From NCBI RefSeq assembly GCF_964355755.1, contig NC_092675.1, positions 31,468,912 to 31,532,911 of the forward strand: a stretch of DNA of 64,000 nt, written 5' to 3'. Source of the DNA: Antedon mediterranea (taxonomy: Eukaryota > Animalia > Echinodermata). A program made the translations under genes and the position numbers. The first letter of the stretch is position 1. Each line of letters starts with the position of its first letter. The notes below the pieces were generated by a model. The model was not told the DNA's origin, did not search any database, and saw only the letters and a program-made list of their open reading frames with translations. This document shows, one piece after another, positions 43,777 through 57,626 of this stretch.

Positions 43777-46700
43777 TTATTTTTCACAAACAAATTGTGA
43801 TTTTAATTTACTGCACGATCTTGTTACCCATCTCATACGAGTTGAAAGACTTGCACAGTTTTTCTTTTGAGTTGATTGAGGTTCATTATTCTTCCATCTT
43901 GTAAACATTTTTGGCTCTTGTGATACCCATTCCCAGTCATCTTCTACAAACTTGTCATTGATACCTAAAACATTGGTTATTTAAATAAATAATTCTTGTC
44001 TACACTGTCAAATTTTATGTGCCAAAAAACTGTGATTTGGACATGATGATGTCATAATATCGCTCGTATTGATTGACGCATAGCCATGTGGAGCGTTGTG
44101 AAAAGAAAAAATTGGCTTTGATTACCAGCATCGGACCTGTACCGTAAAGGGTCTTTCACACCTGTTCCGGCACGGTTCCGATCCGGCGCCGGAAAATCCA
44201 ATCGAACGCCAATGTTTCGTTTTCACGCGGCTACGCACATATCGATTGGCGCATAGCCGCGTGAAAACAAAACATTGATGTTCGATTCGCCGGACCGGAA
44301 CCGTGCCGGAACAGGTGTGAAAGACCCTTAACAGGTGTGAAAGACCCTTTAAACATTAACAGTATAAAAAATGATAAAACCTGAAAATTATTGATTAATT
44401 TACACTACTCTCCAACATTTATAAATGTTTTAACCTACTGAAACATTGATTAAGTTATTACCTATCCATATTTCTTGTCCACCGATGAAATTTTGAACCC
44501 ATTTCTGATGATATTTTGAAGTGATTGTAACCAAGTTGCCACCATATCTTAAATTAAATTTGACATTGTCAATTCTACGCAACACAAACAAAATATATAT
44601 CATCTAAAACAAGTCTGTTACCATAACTTACTGTAAAGCTCTATCTACAGTATCAAACTTTATGTGACAAAAAAAGATTGATGTACCCAAATATGATAGT
44701 GATATGCTTAAATATGGTAGTGATATGACATCATGTCCATGTATAGACATCACATTTTTTCGTCGCATAAAGTTTGATAGTGTAGACAGAGCTTAACAAC
44801 ATGTAGTTCAGTTAATTAAAATAAATGTTGGTTTGATATTACTATAAAACTTACTGTTCCCTGCAGGTTCTTTGAGCATCATTCCATGTTTTTAAGTCCG
44901 ATGACAAGTAGTAACATTTTCCATTGTAATTTGACCAACCTTTATTACAACAAATAAAACTGATTTGGAATCATTCTGTTTTAAATGAATTCTAATACTG
45001 TAATACTTTTGTTAAAATAATTTTATAGTTGAGCTATACCATGGCCAATGATCTGTAACTATATACCATGGCCAATGATCTGTAACTATATACCATGGCC
45101 AATGATCTGTAACTATATACCATGGCCAATGATCTGTAACTATATACCATGGCCAATGATCTGTAACTATATACCATGGCCAATGATCTGTAACTATATA
45201 CCATGCCCAATGATCTGTAACTATATACCATGGCCAATGATCTGTAACTATATACCATGCCCAATGATCTGTAACTATATACCATGGCCAATGATCTGTA
45301 ACTATATACCATGGCCAATGATCTGTAACTATATACCATGGCCAATGATCTGTAACTATATACCATGGCCAATGATCTGTAACTATATACCATGGCCAAT
45401 GATCTGTAACTATATACCATGGCCAATGATCTGTAACTATATACCATGGCCAATGATCTGTAACTATATACCATGGCCAATGATCTGTAACTATATACCA
45501 TGGCCAATGATCTGTAACTATATACCATGGCCAATGATCTGTAACTATATACCATGGCCAATGATCTGTAACTATATACCATGGCCAATGATCTGTAACT
45601 ATATACCATGGCCAATGATCTGTAACTATATACCATGGCCAATGATCTGTAACTATATACCATGGCCAATGATCTGTAACTATATACCATGGCCAATGAT
45701 CTGTAACTATATACCATGGCCAATGATCTGTAACTATATACCATGGCCAATGATCTGTAACTATATACCATGGCCAATGATCTGTAACTATATACCATGC
45801 CCAATGATCTGTAACTATATACCATGGCCAATGATCTGTAACTATATACCATGGCCAATGATCTGTAACTATATACCATGGCCAATGATCTGTAACTATA
45901 TACCATGGCCAATGATCTGTAACTATATACCATGGCCAATGATCTGTAACTAATTTACACAGTATGGGTAGTCTAGGGTCTCCATTACGACAAGACGACG
46001 AGTAAAATTACATTTAATTATTTAACTGGTCCGCCACACATTTAACTGGCCATTGACTGGCGGCGGACCAGTGTTATTGCAAACGCTGGTATTATTCAAT
46101 TCAACAACCAGTAACATTTTAAAAACATTAAAAATATCATCCAACCTATCTAATGCATTAGTTATATTCACTTTGGTGAAGTTTATGCCAGCAGTTAAGT
46201 GCATTAATTATAGAAGCCCACCAATACAGTTTATATTCCAGTATTGGGGCAGTCTGCTGGATTATAACCAATATTATGTATACTACTGTTTAAAATAGCT
46301 TACCTTGTTCACAAGGGCTGTTATCTGTACCATCATCATCTTGTGATATCTGCCATTCTTCCCAAGTTTGTCCATTACATTCATACACAGCAGTGGTTGA
46401 GCTATCAACATACAATTCACCAATGTTGTTTTGTGAACAAGCTTTTTTAACGAATGGCTACAAAATATAAACATGTGTTAAAACAGCATTGTGTTTTGAA
46501 TACACCAAATATACAAAGCGTATAATAATAGAAAACATTGTTATATGAAATATCATTTATACCTGTGAAGATGGGGGTATATCTGACCTATCTTGTTGGA
46601 GTTGCTGAAGAAGTCCCAAAAATGAACTTGATTTTCCATCTTGATTTTTTGCGTCAGTTATACCAGAATTCACAGCAGCATCTTCTTGTGCAACTCCTCC

Positions 46701-49700
46701 TACTAGCCCATGAAACTAAGAGGAAAATATTTGATTTAAGTATTCAAATCATTTAAATATCTATTTGCCTACTAAACCACTCACTGTCTAGACAGTTTGA
46801 CCTACTAAACCACTCGCAGTATGTTGCTACTACTATATTTTATGTGATCAGTTGACTACTAAAACTACTCACTGTCCAGACAGTTTGTGTATTGCTACTA
46901 CTGTTGACTGGCACTGCGTAGCTTCTGAAAGCTTTATGTTCTTCAGACACTTGCTCCGGTTCATCATCTTCATTATTAGTGGCAGGTTTTAGAGATGTGA
47001 ATACCGTCTTCCATGCAGTTTCTTCTCTATTCTTCTTTTTACCTTTTTTCTTTTTCCTTCTTTGTTGCTGACTTATTGGTTGTGTTCCCTGTTCTGTATT
47101 TATAGGGTCAGTTTTCCTTTCTGCTGATGGATATAGTAAAGGAATTTCAATTGGACCAGATGATTGGCCAGAAATAAATGTTGGATCCTTGGGTGCATCT
47201 CCACAGTTACAACCAGTGCATTCAACAGTATCCTCAAGGCAGCCATTATCAGTACAGCCTCCACACCTATGATTCTGATGACCTTCAGGTAAATATTCCT
47301 GTGGGATTACTCCTGTACCACCAGATGGTAACTGACCCTTTCTTGACACTTGGTATCCTGGTATCTGTATCTTTGATGCAAGAGATTGTCCATGTGGTCC
47401 ATCAAATCTTAAAGACCCTTGATCAGTATTCGGTGGAATGTCTTCAGGGTTAAGACAACCTGATAGGCAGCCTTCAGGTAAAGGTTGTTCTATACAACCT
47501 TCAGTGCACCCGGCTGGACCATCACAGCTGTTAAGACATCCAGGTTGTCTATCGCAATTGTCATCAATACAGTCAGGTATTCCAGATGGACTGAATGGTC
47601 TTACATGTTGATTACTAGTCACAATAGCACCATCAGCCTCTCCATTACAGACACCTACAATAAATATTATACACAATTTAGTTGAATTCATGAATTCTAC
47701 AGCTTTTGATGTACAGTTACGGACACATTAATCCAGCAGGATAGGTAATGAGTGATGTTGTAGTGATTATGAAGTTAAATAAAAAAAAAAGGAGTATAAA
47801 TTCATACCATTATTGGCATCTTTAATGATAATTGTTATCCTGTTATTTTGTCCAAGGATTGCATTAACTGGTTCACGCAGGATCAAGCGCACACGTTCAC
47901 GGTTTTCCTCAATATTATCCTGAATTACCTCAACAGAAAATGTTGTTAAAGTAACACCTGGATCAAACTGAAGCATTTTTGATGGGCTTGTTATGAAATC
48001 TAATCCTACATTGGCTCCTAACTCATGTACAGAAATTTGAACAAATGAAGACGGCAAGATATAACCACTGCGTACGACATGGATTGGTAAAACACCAATA
48101 GTTTCGCATACCAGAACATCAGGCTGTGCAAATTGAATACTGGACCACTTGAATTCAAACCTGTTAACAGTAAGAAACAAAGCACTAATGGTAAATGAAA
48201 TAAAATGTGATAATATTGTCGGTTTTATAATAGTTTGTTTTTTAGTTACAAGTGAAGTTTTAAAACGTGATTACCTCTGCTTACTCAACTTGTTACCACT
48301 TTGATCTTGAACTTCAAATGTAAAACTATCATTTGTTGCTTTTGAGTTTTCTTTCAATACAAACACAACACTGAGTTCATTGATATCTTGTTGTGTAAAG
48401 CCAGTGGAAATTCTTCGTCTTGTCTTGGTGTTTTCTAAATGACCATAGAGTGGTTGTAAAACAATTTTATATGAAATATTGCTTGGTCCAGAACGTTCAT
48501 CAACCACTTCAAGATTACCTCTATTTAATACATAACCATAAAATCCATTCTTTCGCTCAAGGTTGGTGGGTACTTGCATTGTGGTTATATGAGGTGCAAC
48601 ATTATCAAACATGATAATGTTGATTGTAAATATTTGCGGTTGATATAAAACAGTATCATCAATTTTATACCCAATGTTGGTGCCATCAGATACTACAAAA
48701 TAAAACTCATCTATATCTGGTTCCCCACGTATATGCCTGTATGATATTTTAAGATTATCTATATCTGCCTGTGTAAATATCTTTCTCACAGGCGTGTCTC
48801 CAATCAGAAGTTGTCCATACAAAGGTGGTTGAGCTATAGTGTAAATAACATGATCACTTGGTGTGTCATCATCAACTGATCTTAGATAATTTGCACCAAT
48901 TATTACAGTGCCTTGTTCAGGTGTTGTTACATGTTGTAGCAGAACTAACTTTGGAAGTTCATTGTCTATATCTTCAACTATGATGTAAAATGTATCATTC
49001 CTTGATTCTTGACCATTACTAACCATAAAGCTAAAATGATCATTTTCAACTTGGTGTGTTTGTTTGTGTATGTATATAATTTGACCTGCTGTTAAATCCA
49101 GTTGTGTAAATGTCAATACTGGTGTCCCTGGTTGAGATAGCAACTCAATTTGGCCTTTGGACGGAGGTCCAATAACAGTATATACAATTTCATTCATCAT
49201 ATTACTTCTATCGTCAGCTGAAAGTAAATTACTTGAAATTACTACAAAATCGCCTTCCTGAACTAAAGCTCCATTGTTAACAATCTCAAGATTTTGTTTT
49301 TTAGTGTTGGTGATTTCGATTCTAAAACTTTCTTTTTCTGTGGATAATTCACCATCTGTAACAAAAAAGCGAATACGATCAAATCCTTTAGATCCTAAAG
49401 CACCAACATGCTGATATCTGACATGATTCAGGTTTAAATCTTGTTGAGTAAAATTTTCATTTTTTTGAATAACTTTCCAGATATCTTTATCTATATCATA
49501 GAGTTCTAGATGTCCACGTCTTGGTTCAGAAGTAATGATGTAATACAAGTAATAATCTGGTGTGTCTGCATCATATGCAAGTAGGACAACACTGGATAAG
49601 GTTCGAGTTGTATGCATATCTAATATAATTCCAGTATTTTTCATTATCGCTGGATACTGATCATTTACTGGGTGAATATTTATGTAACAGGTCTTTTTTA

Positions 49701-52700
49701 CAACATGCTTTCCATCAGTAACTCGCAAGATGAACTCATCACTTGTACTCTCTGAATCATCATGAACATAAGTTAGTTTTAGTGTGTTTAAAAGTTGGTT
49801 TAAATTGAAGTCATAGATAGGAGAACCTTCTTCAACAGCTGTTCTTAAATCAGTTACTTCTCGATCAATTATTATACCATGACGAGGGGCTTTAATGATA
49901 GAGAACATCAACATTTCCATTGGAATATCAACATCCATAGCAAAAAAGAAAGAAGAACTAAGTTTATAAAATGATCCTTCATACAATGTGAAATTAGTAA
50001 TGCTTAAGGTTGGAACTTCATCATTTTGAGGAACGATTGTCACCGGAAATGAGACATTAGCAGAAATGTGCTGACCATCAGTAGCATAGACCATAAAGAA
50101 ATCTGCAATTGGTTCAACACCTTGATGATCAGCTTGAACATAGTTAATGTTACCTATCGAAATATCATGCATTGTAAATGATATGATTGCTTTCCCAGCA
50201 TTGCTCTTTTCTGAGCCAATATCTGGCTGAATATTTTCTAGGAATCCCCAACTAGGATTTTGGGTAACAATAAAAATAATATCTTGTGGTTGAGTATCTC
50301 TGTCTATGGCACTCAGACTATTGGAGTTAATAGTTGTCCTTTGACCTTCGTCTACAAAATATGGATTACCAACAACTATAGCTGGTGGTTGGTTATTTAC
50401 TGGAGTAATACTGAAGTGAACATCAAGAAGAGGCAAGGTATCAACTGACGGAACTACTTTGTCAGATACAACAAATGTAACAGTGTCTTCAAGAGTGTTT
50501 CTACCAATTTCACCACTGGTATGTTTGTATTTAATTAGGTCATCTCGTACATCCATCTGTGTGAACGTAGATACAGCATTGCCATTTTTCAAGATGACCC
50601 CAGAAGATGGAGGACGTATAATAATGTATTTAAGCAGAAGGTCATGTGTGTCGACATCAGTTGCCGACAGCACATTTGTTGAAAGCAAAATTTCTCCTCT
50701 TTCAGGAAGTGAAAGTTCATTAATTAAACCAGGTAGAATCTGAGGAACACCATCATTTACAGGTGTAATAATGATTGACAGATCTTGTGTTGTGGTGTGA
50801 ATTCCATCAATTGCAGTAAGTGTAAAAGAATCTCTCAATGTTTCTGAACCATCATGGACATATCTGAAATACATAAAAACAGAAGTGAATTTGTTATTTG
50901 GAAGTCTATAAACAGTAATGTTGGTTATATCAAGGAAAAAGTAAGCTTGCATCATGCAAAAGTTCAAACAAGTTGTAGTTGTATATTATATACACAAAAT
51001 TTACATACAAATTACACACATGAATTGTATAATTATCCTCACCGTAGCCTTTGGTGTTTAATATCTTGCATTATAAATGATTTAGTGTTGTCTAAATTAA
51101 CACCATTTAGTTTTAGAGTGCCATGATTTGGAAATTCTTCTACTCGAAGTTTCACATATTCAAGTTTTGTATCCATATCAGTTACTGCCAACATCAGGTG
51201 CGTAATAATTGTTGTGTCGCCCTCTCTCACCATAATGTCATTGGACAAGATTTGAGGTGGTTGGTTGTCAACTGGAAGGATAGTAATATTAAAAAGTTGA
51301 CCAAGAACAGAATTGCCATGCTTATCACTAACAGAATAAATAAATTGTACTGAGCGTGTCTGTGATCCAATTTCCTTAAATGGTGGCATGTAGGCAATCC
51401 TAAGATGGTCAATCTCTTGCTGTGTAAATGAAATAATAGGCTGGTGATCAGGATCTTTTGTTGGCATCGTCATTTCTGATGTTGATATAATTCGTCCTGC
51501 ATCTGTGAGACTGTAAGTATCTGTGAAATGTGGTGACGTTGTGATGACATAGACAAGTTCATCATCTGGTGATTCATCATCACTATACTGTAGATTTTGC
51601 TGAGTAAAAACACCTATTTCAGTTTCCAAAACAGTAATACCTAGACTTGTACCCAACACCAAATATGGTGGCAGATCATCTACTGGTTCAATCTTAATTG
51701 TCACAAATTGCCTTGGTGACATGTTTGGAGGAATTTGGTTGTCGAGAAGAACAAAATCAAAAGAATCTTCAAAGATTTCTTCTCCAAGGTGACTATAATA
51801 AATACGGCCATGTTGTAAATCTCTTTGAGTGAATTCAGTCACTGGATATCCAAATGATTTTGGTGAATACTTCTTAAGAATTTCACCAGCATTTGGTGAA
51901 ACCATAATTTTGTACAAGATGAAATCATTAGGAGAATCTACATCAGATGCTAGAAGAAGGTCTTTAGTAATTCGTAAAACAGCGCCCTCTTGTACATTAA
52001 ATTGTACATTTCGAATCAAGTATGGCGGTGTATCATCCTTTGGCAGAATATTTATTGGGAATGTAGCATGTACACTATGGTGTATATCGCTAACTCTAAG
52101 TTCAATATTATCACTTTCAGAGTCAGAATTATCATGTTGATAGGTAATCAAACCATTAGCAATATCTGCTGGAGTAAACATGACTGCAATATTGTCTCCA
52201 TTATACAGTTTACCATGCATCAACCCACCCATTACTTTTATACGTACTCTGTCAATGTTGTCATTATCAACAATCTGTAAATGATCAGATGATATGATTC
52301 GGGATTGTCCTTCAAGTAGTGATAAACCTTTGTTAATCATGACTCGTGGCGCATTAGTAATAGAGTTGCGTACTGAAAACATCAGATTTATAGGCTTACT
52401 AGAAGCAAAGTAGCTATCATATACAACAAAATTCGTTTTATAATTTCTCCGTTCATGAAAACTTGTATTTGGTGGTTTGTAAGCAATGTTCAACATCTGT
52501 ACATCATATTGTGTGAATGACATGATGGGCTGTGATTGATCATTCAGGTGTACAATACAGCCTTCACTTATGTTGAACTCACTTACGACCTCAAACACCA
52601 GTTCACCTTTGGGTGTCTCATCATCCTTGGAAGAAAGAATGGATGGAGCGATAGTTGTAAGAATAAATTGGTCAACTTCTAGTAAGTACATACTCATATG

Positions 52701-53675
52701 CAATGCAGTGGGTGGTTGGTTAGGGAATGCTGCTTCAATATCCACAGGTAAATAATAAGTTTCTTCCTTTAAGCCAGTGTTTGGGTCATTTACTTCAGCG
52801 GTTAATGCAATAAAGTCAACATTTGGAGTTGGAGGAACTAGATGCTCATACTGAATACCAAGTAATACAAAATCATCACATTCCACACTGAGTGTACGAA
52901 TTCTTTCTGGATTTCCTGAGTGTTGGCTGATTAATTGCCCAAAGGCTGGTAGCTGTTTTGTCATAGTTCTTAAATGTATCATACAAACTGATCCAATACT
53001 CTCAGAGTAATTAAATCCCAGTACATTTGAGTCAATTACATTGGATTGGCCATTAAAATCAGACACTGATAAACGTTGTTTGGGTTGAAAGATTTCATAA
53101 GGATCATTTCTTATTGTTATATTCATCACAAATGTTTCTTGAAATGTTGATGTCGCAGTAAGATGAAAAACACGCAATTTCACATAATCTGTGGTGAGGA
53201 ACGGTGATCCTGAGTGAGTGTAACATAATGAACCAGCAAAATAGTCACAGTCAAACACCTAACAAATAAAAAAACAAACAAATCAATAGTCACAGTCAAA
53301 CACCTAACAAATAAAAAAACAAACAAATCAATAGTCACAGTCAAACACCTAACAAATAAAAAAACAAACAAATCAACGAATAATAGAACTTAGATCTAAA
53401 TTACTTACTACAGCAAAGTCTGGTTTGTAAAAATGTCCACTTACCTGTGGTTCAAACTGTCCAACTCTCTGTGTCATTGGTTCATTGTTGATCAATTCAA
53501 CCTTACAAGTGTCCATCATGTTTACTCGGCTAAATGACAACATTGTCTTGTCTATTTTCACACTTCGACCAATAGAAACACTGACACCATTATTGATTTT
53601 GACTAAGTTTCCATCTACTATCTGGATTACAAGTAAAACCATGAATGCTGTGAACATACTGTTAATAGCGCCCAT
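43777..53675 (-). CDS. FREM1: FRAS1-related extracellular matrix protein 1-like (signal peptide, NV domain, CSPG/cadherin-like repeats, Calx-beta, C-type lectin)
   Basis: Exons approx. 53445-53675, 51043-53258, 48275-50863 (CSPG repeats with FTQxDI and YxH motifs), 47808-48160 (Calx-beta), 46873-47654, 46563-46715, 46304-46457, 44855-44939 (GWSNYNGKCYY...TWNDAQRTC), 44462-44574 (IWIG), 43777-43964 (FVCEK*). A single Calx-beta plus a C-terminal CTLD is the FREM1 architecture. Confidence 0.9.
44148..44328. mobile_element. PIF/Harbinger MITE with duplicated right end
   Basis: TAA TSD and TIR AGGGTCTTTCACACCTGTTCCGGCACGGTTCCG. An extra terminal copy lies at 44332-44349 and a related fragment at about 44066-44143. 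Confidence 0.85.
45035..45951. repeat. 27-bp minisatellite, about 34 copies, in a FREM1 intron
   Basis: Unit TATACCATG(G/C)CCAATGATCTGTAACTA. It lies between exons 46304-46457 and 44855-44939. Confidence 0.99.
53239..53374. repeat. 45-bp tandem repeat x3 containing the FREM1 exon-2 acceptor
   Basis: AATAGTCACAGTCAAACACCTAACAAATAAAAAAACAAACAAATC, repeated exactly. Confidence 0.97.
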
Positions 53676-54535
53676 AATGGTGGTGGTCTCTCAATATTTC
53701 CTACAAAACAAACAATGCATGATTCATTATTACTAACACACTCTATGCACTTATGATGATTAATGTATTCATTAGGAAATTGTATTTTTTACTTACTAAA
53801 ATTAAAACTTACGCATTTTCGACGCAAGATTTTACCTTTTTGTAATTCTATGCCTTTTTGAGATTCTACATCTATTTACATTTCCTTTTTTACATATGCA
53901 GTATTTGGGTATCAAATTCATACATGGTATACAACCAATACAGATTGCTTTTTTACACTTTCTATTATAGGGTAGTTATGGCAATGTGTATAACCATACT
54001 GTACACATTGTTTTTTACATTTTCAATCAGGGTAGTTTATCATACACGACAAGCACATTGTTTGTTAACCACTTCCACACTGAATTATGCTACAGTGAAT
54101 TAACACTATAAATGACAGGAAATCGAGGACACGTTTTGTAAAAACCAACTACCGGTACCCATATTATTTTGTGATTAATAACTTGAAAAGTTTCTGTTTT
54201 TTAATCATTCATTCAAAAGACAGGGATTTAACAACACATTCAAGGGTTCAGGGGCATGATGTGGTTAAGGGAGGTGAATATGGTAATTGTTATTTTCAGT
54301 TGAAATTAACAAACTTTATCCATATAGGCAGTTTGGCATGTTTATCTTAAGACTAAACAACTGGCAACTGTTTAAACATAAACATGACCCCAAGGTCATT
54401 GTGAATACTACATCATTCTATATTTTTATTAATTTTAACAATTATAACGAGTATTATATAAGGTATGGTTTAAAGATCTTTGGCTATGTTCGGCTTTGGG
54501 ATGTTATACCACACTTAGGCCTAGGCTAGGCTATA

Positions 54536-54644
54536 GGGGTCGTCGGTTTCATGTTATGGGTTGTCCAATTCTAGGTCGTCCAATTCGAGGTCGCCCGGGT
54601 CGTTGGGGTCGTCCAATTCGACGTCGTCGCTTTCTACACACCCC
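54536..54644. mobile_element. Small putative MITE remnant
   Basis: TATA-GGGGT...ACCCC-TATA ends, with internal GTCGTCCAATTCGA repeats. Confidence 0.4.
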
Positions 54645-55357
54645 TATAGTGCAGGAGTTTTAGAACTTTCAGACTATATTTAATTACATACACAAATACT
54701 GATCGTAAATAATTGATAATAAATCATATAAAAATCATCATTTTATTATAGAAGAAAGAACAATATTATGTTATGTCAAAAGTCAAGTGGTGTTTTCTGT
54801 AATAAATATTTCTTGTTATTGATATAATCTGAGATAAAAGTATTTGTAGAATTATTTAACTTGGAAATTGGCAACAATACTAGATTATGCTATTTTAAGT
54901 ACTTATAAAGTCTAATCTGACTTTTTTTAAAGGTTTATGCAATGCAGATTACAGACAACAAAAGTTAAGTCCAGGAAACTTGATTGTCACTCTATTTAAT
55001 TCTTTTCAAACCCGAGAGTTTTTGTTAGTTTTATTACAACCAATTCACTTAGTCTATAGCTATGCTCACATAATTCACCAAAAGTTGCTAATATTATTTT
55101 TATTATACAGATATTTTAGATACAAAAAAATAAAACTATGCCAGGAAAGCGGGCAGGAAAGTCGTGAAGTATGGTAAAAGTATTGTGTTGTCTGTAACAA
55201 GACCTTGGGGAGTCAACAGGGCATTCATGGGCCGAACCATGAAAGCAGAAGGAGAGCCTCTTGTGCTAATAAATACTCACTCAAAATTCAATCTGATGTT
55301 AACTTTTATTAAATTAATACTTACAAATTTAAAAGCATGCTAATTTAGATTACTTAC

Positions 55358-55499
55358 CTTGGTAAAATCAATTCATGTTCTTGTACCTTTGAATACAACA
55401 CCAATAAACGTCTGCTGCGGTACACTTATCAGCTCAGCTGGCTCAGTGAAGCGTGAGTATTAAGATTGAAGTGTGGAAGTATCGTCACACTTCAGTGAC
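55358..55499 (-). other. Putative non-coding 5' UTR exon of FREM1-like
   Basis: Strong donor AAG|GTAAGT at 55357 and acceptor-like TTTCCAG at about 55500. It could splice to the acceptor at 53702, just upstream of the ATG. No transcript evidence. Confidence 0.45.
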
Positions 55500-57626
55500 C
55501 TGGAAAGGGCCGAAATTAGAGTATCCAAAAAAACTGATAAAACTGAAAGATAAATAGAATCCAAATTTTGTAACCCCTAGGGTTTCAAATAACAATGATT
55601 ACATAAAAAAAAGGAAAAGAATAGATAGAAAGTGCAAAAATACAATAAGTACATTTTTGTTTTTCTATGCATGGCCCAGCTATTATGAGAAAAGTCTACA
55701 AAATTGTACAAACTGTCAATTGTTTTATTTTTTATCAATCTCAGTCTAGTCACAGAAGTTCTTTTAAATTTATTTATCTTTATACTGGGTCATCTCTTTA
55801 GTACAAGTACCTGGTGTGTAAGTCACATGCAGAGAAGCAGATGATCTTACTCTTTAAAAAGCCTTAGTCTATCAAACTTTATGACAAAAACATGTGATGT
55901 GCCCATATAATAGACATGATGATATACATATCACTACTATATCTGGGCATAAATTACTACCATATTTGGGTACATCAAGTTTGATAGTGTAGATAGAGCT
56001 TTAAAAAGATAAACATTTTTCAACCTTTAAAAAAAAAGGATACACAATGTTCACTTCTTAATTTTTTAATCAGTTCCAGCTGAAACATTGTAAAAATAAA
56101 CATGTAAAAACAATGCAAATTATCTTTTTAAAAATAGTACAATTATTTGGAATTATTTGTTTATGATTTTTACAATTTAGTAAAAATAAAGTGTAAACAC
56201 AACTTTGGCTAAATTATTTTCCTGTGACAACATTATGATGACTATACTACAAAAAATACTAACAATTACTAGAATTACTAGAAACTAACTAAAATTCTTT
56301 TCATTGGGCTATTCTCTAAAAGCATTTTACAAAAAGTGGATGGTCTGCACTACTCAACAATCTGTGTAGAATATTACAATGCCTTATTTAAATTACCTAT
56401 TCAAATTACATATTCTGTATTCAGAATATCTACTGTAGTTTAGGTAAAATAGTATCACAGCATTTTGAATGATTGTAAAAACATATATCTTCAGTAAATT
56501 AATATGTGGAGATATGTTTTTGTAATTGACTAGGTAGGGCACCTGTATCAACAAGTATACGTTTTCCTCAATCAGGGACTCTACAATTCGGCTGTTTTAT
56601 CAACTTGCACAATATATTACTTTCTTTTGTATTGCACAAACTGGATAGACTTTAATCAATCAATACAAACTAAAATATACATAATCACAAAACAAATGAA
56701 TATAATAATAATAAATACTAAATATTTATTCGGTCACTTGAGTGAGTAAAGGTGAAAGTAAAACATGTTTTGCACTAAACTCCATTGATACATCTATTAA
56801 GACAAATGCTTTTGAATCATATTGTACAAACAACTATGTACCAAATAAACATTATTAATACAGCATATTATGACCTAATATGTGAATTTGTGTTGTGTAT
56901 AAGTACTAAGTAGGCAATGAATATATAGAAAGATCAATAAAACAGTATGAACATTATTATGTTATATTAGTTAGATTTTAAAAATAAGGAGAAGGCATTT
57001 TTCTTAATTTTTACACTGTCTGCTGCTTATATGTGCTACATTATTAAAATTGTATTTGAAAACTAAGTCTAATGAAATTTCAATATGAAAATTACAGATT
57101 TCACTGTATGGTCACAGAGATTTCTGACAATAATAATGAAGGAAAAAATACTAAAGACATTAATAATAGAAGACTATAATATTATATCAATTTGTGTATG
57201 TATACATTTCTAATACTTATTTACAAATTAAAATACGTTATACTTTGATTACTTTTAAAGTTAATTAGGAATATAACAAGTCATTTATTATCATCACAAA
57301 ATACAACAGTTACATATTTATATCCACTATCATTCAATTATTGTAAACTATCTAATGTAATTTATTATGTCTAGGTTGATGATGTGTAAAAGTAACTTTT
57401 TGTACGTAGTCCAAAAGAAACTTAGATGGTACAACAGCTTAGATGTATCAAAGTACATGATTGGTTGCTAAGTTAATATACCATTTTAGATGTATTAAAT
57501 ACATGATTGGTTGCTAAGTACAACAGCTTACAGTAGAAAGTACACCTATTAGATGTAGCTAAAATAACAGCCGATTTGATACTGATTTGGTACAGTAGTT
57601 TTTCCCTCAGTAATTGCCATTTCTTT

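Noticed and set aside
45034-45953. 301-aa repeat ORFs on both strands
   Set aside because: Artefact of a 27-bp tandem array. The flanking FREM1 exons join in frame without it.
48420-52755. Plus-strand ORFs antisense to the large FREM1 exons
   Set aside because: They are short shadow ORFs with no recognisable domain.
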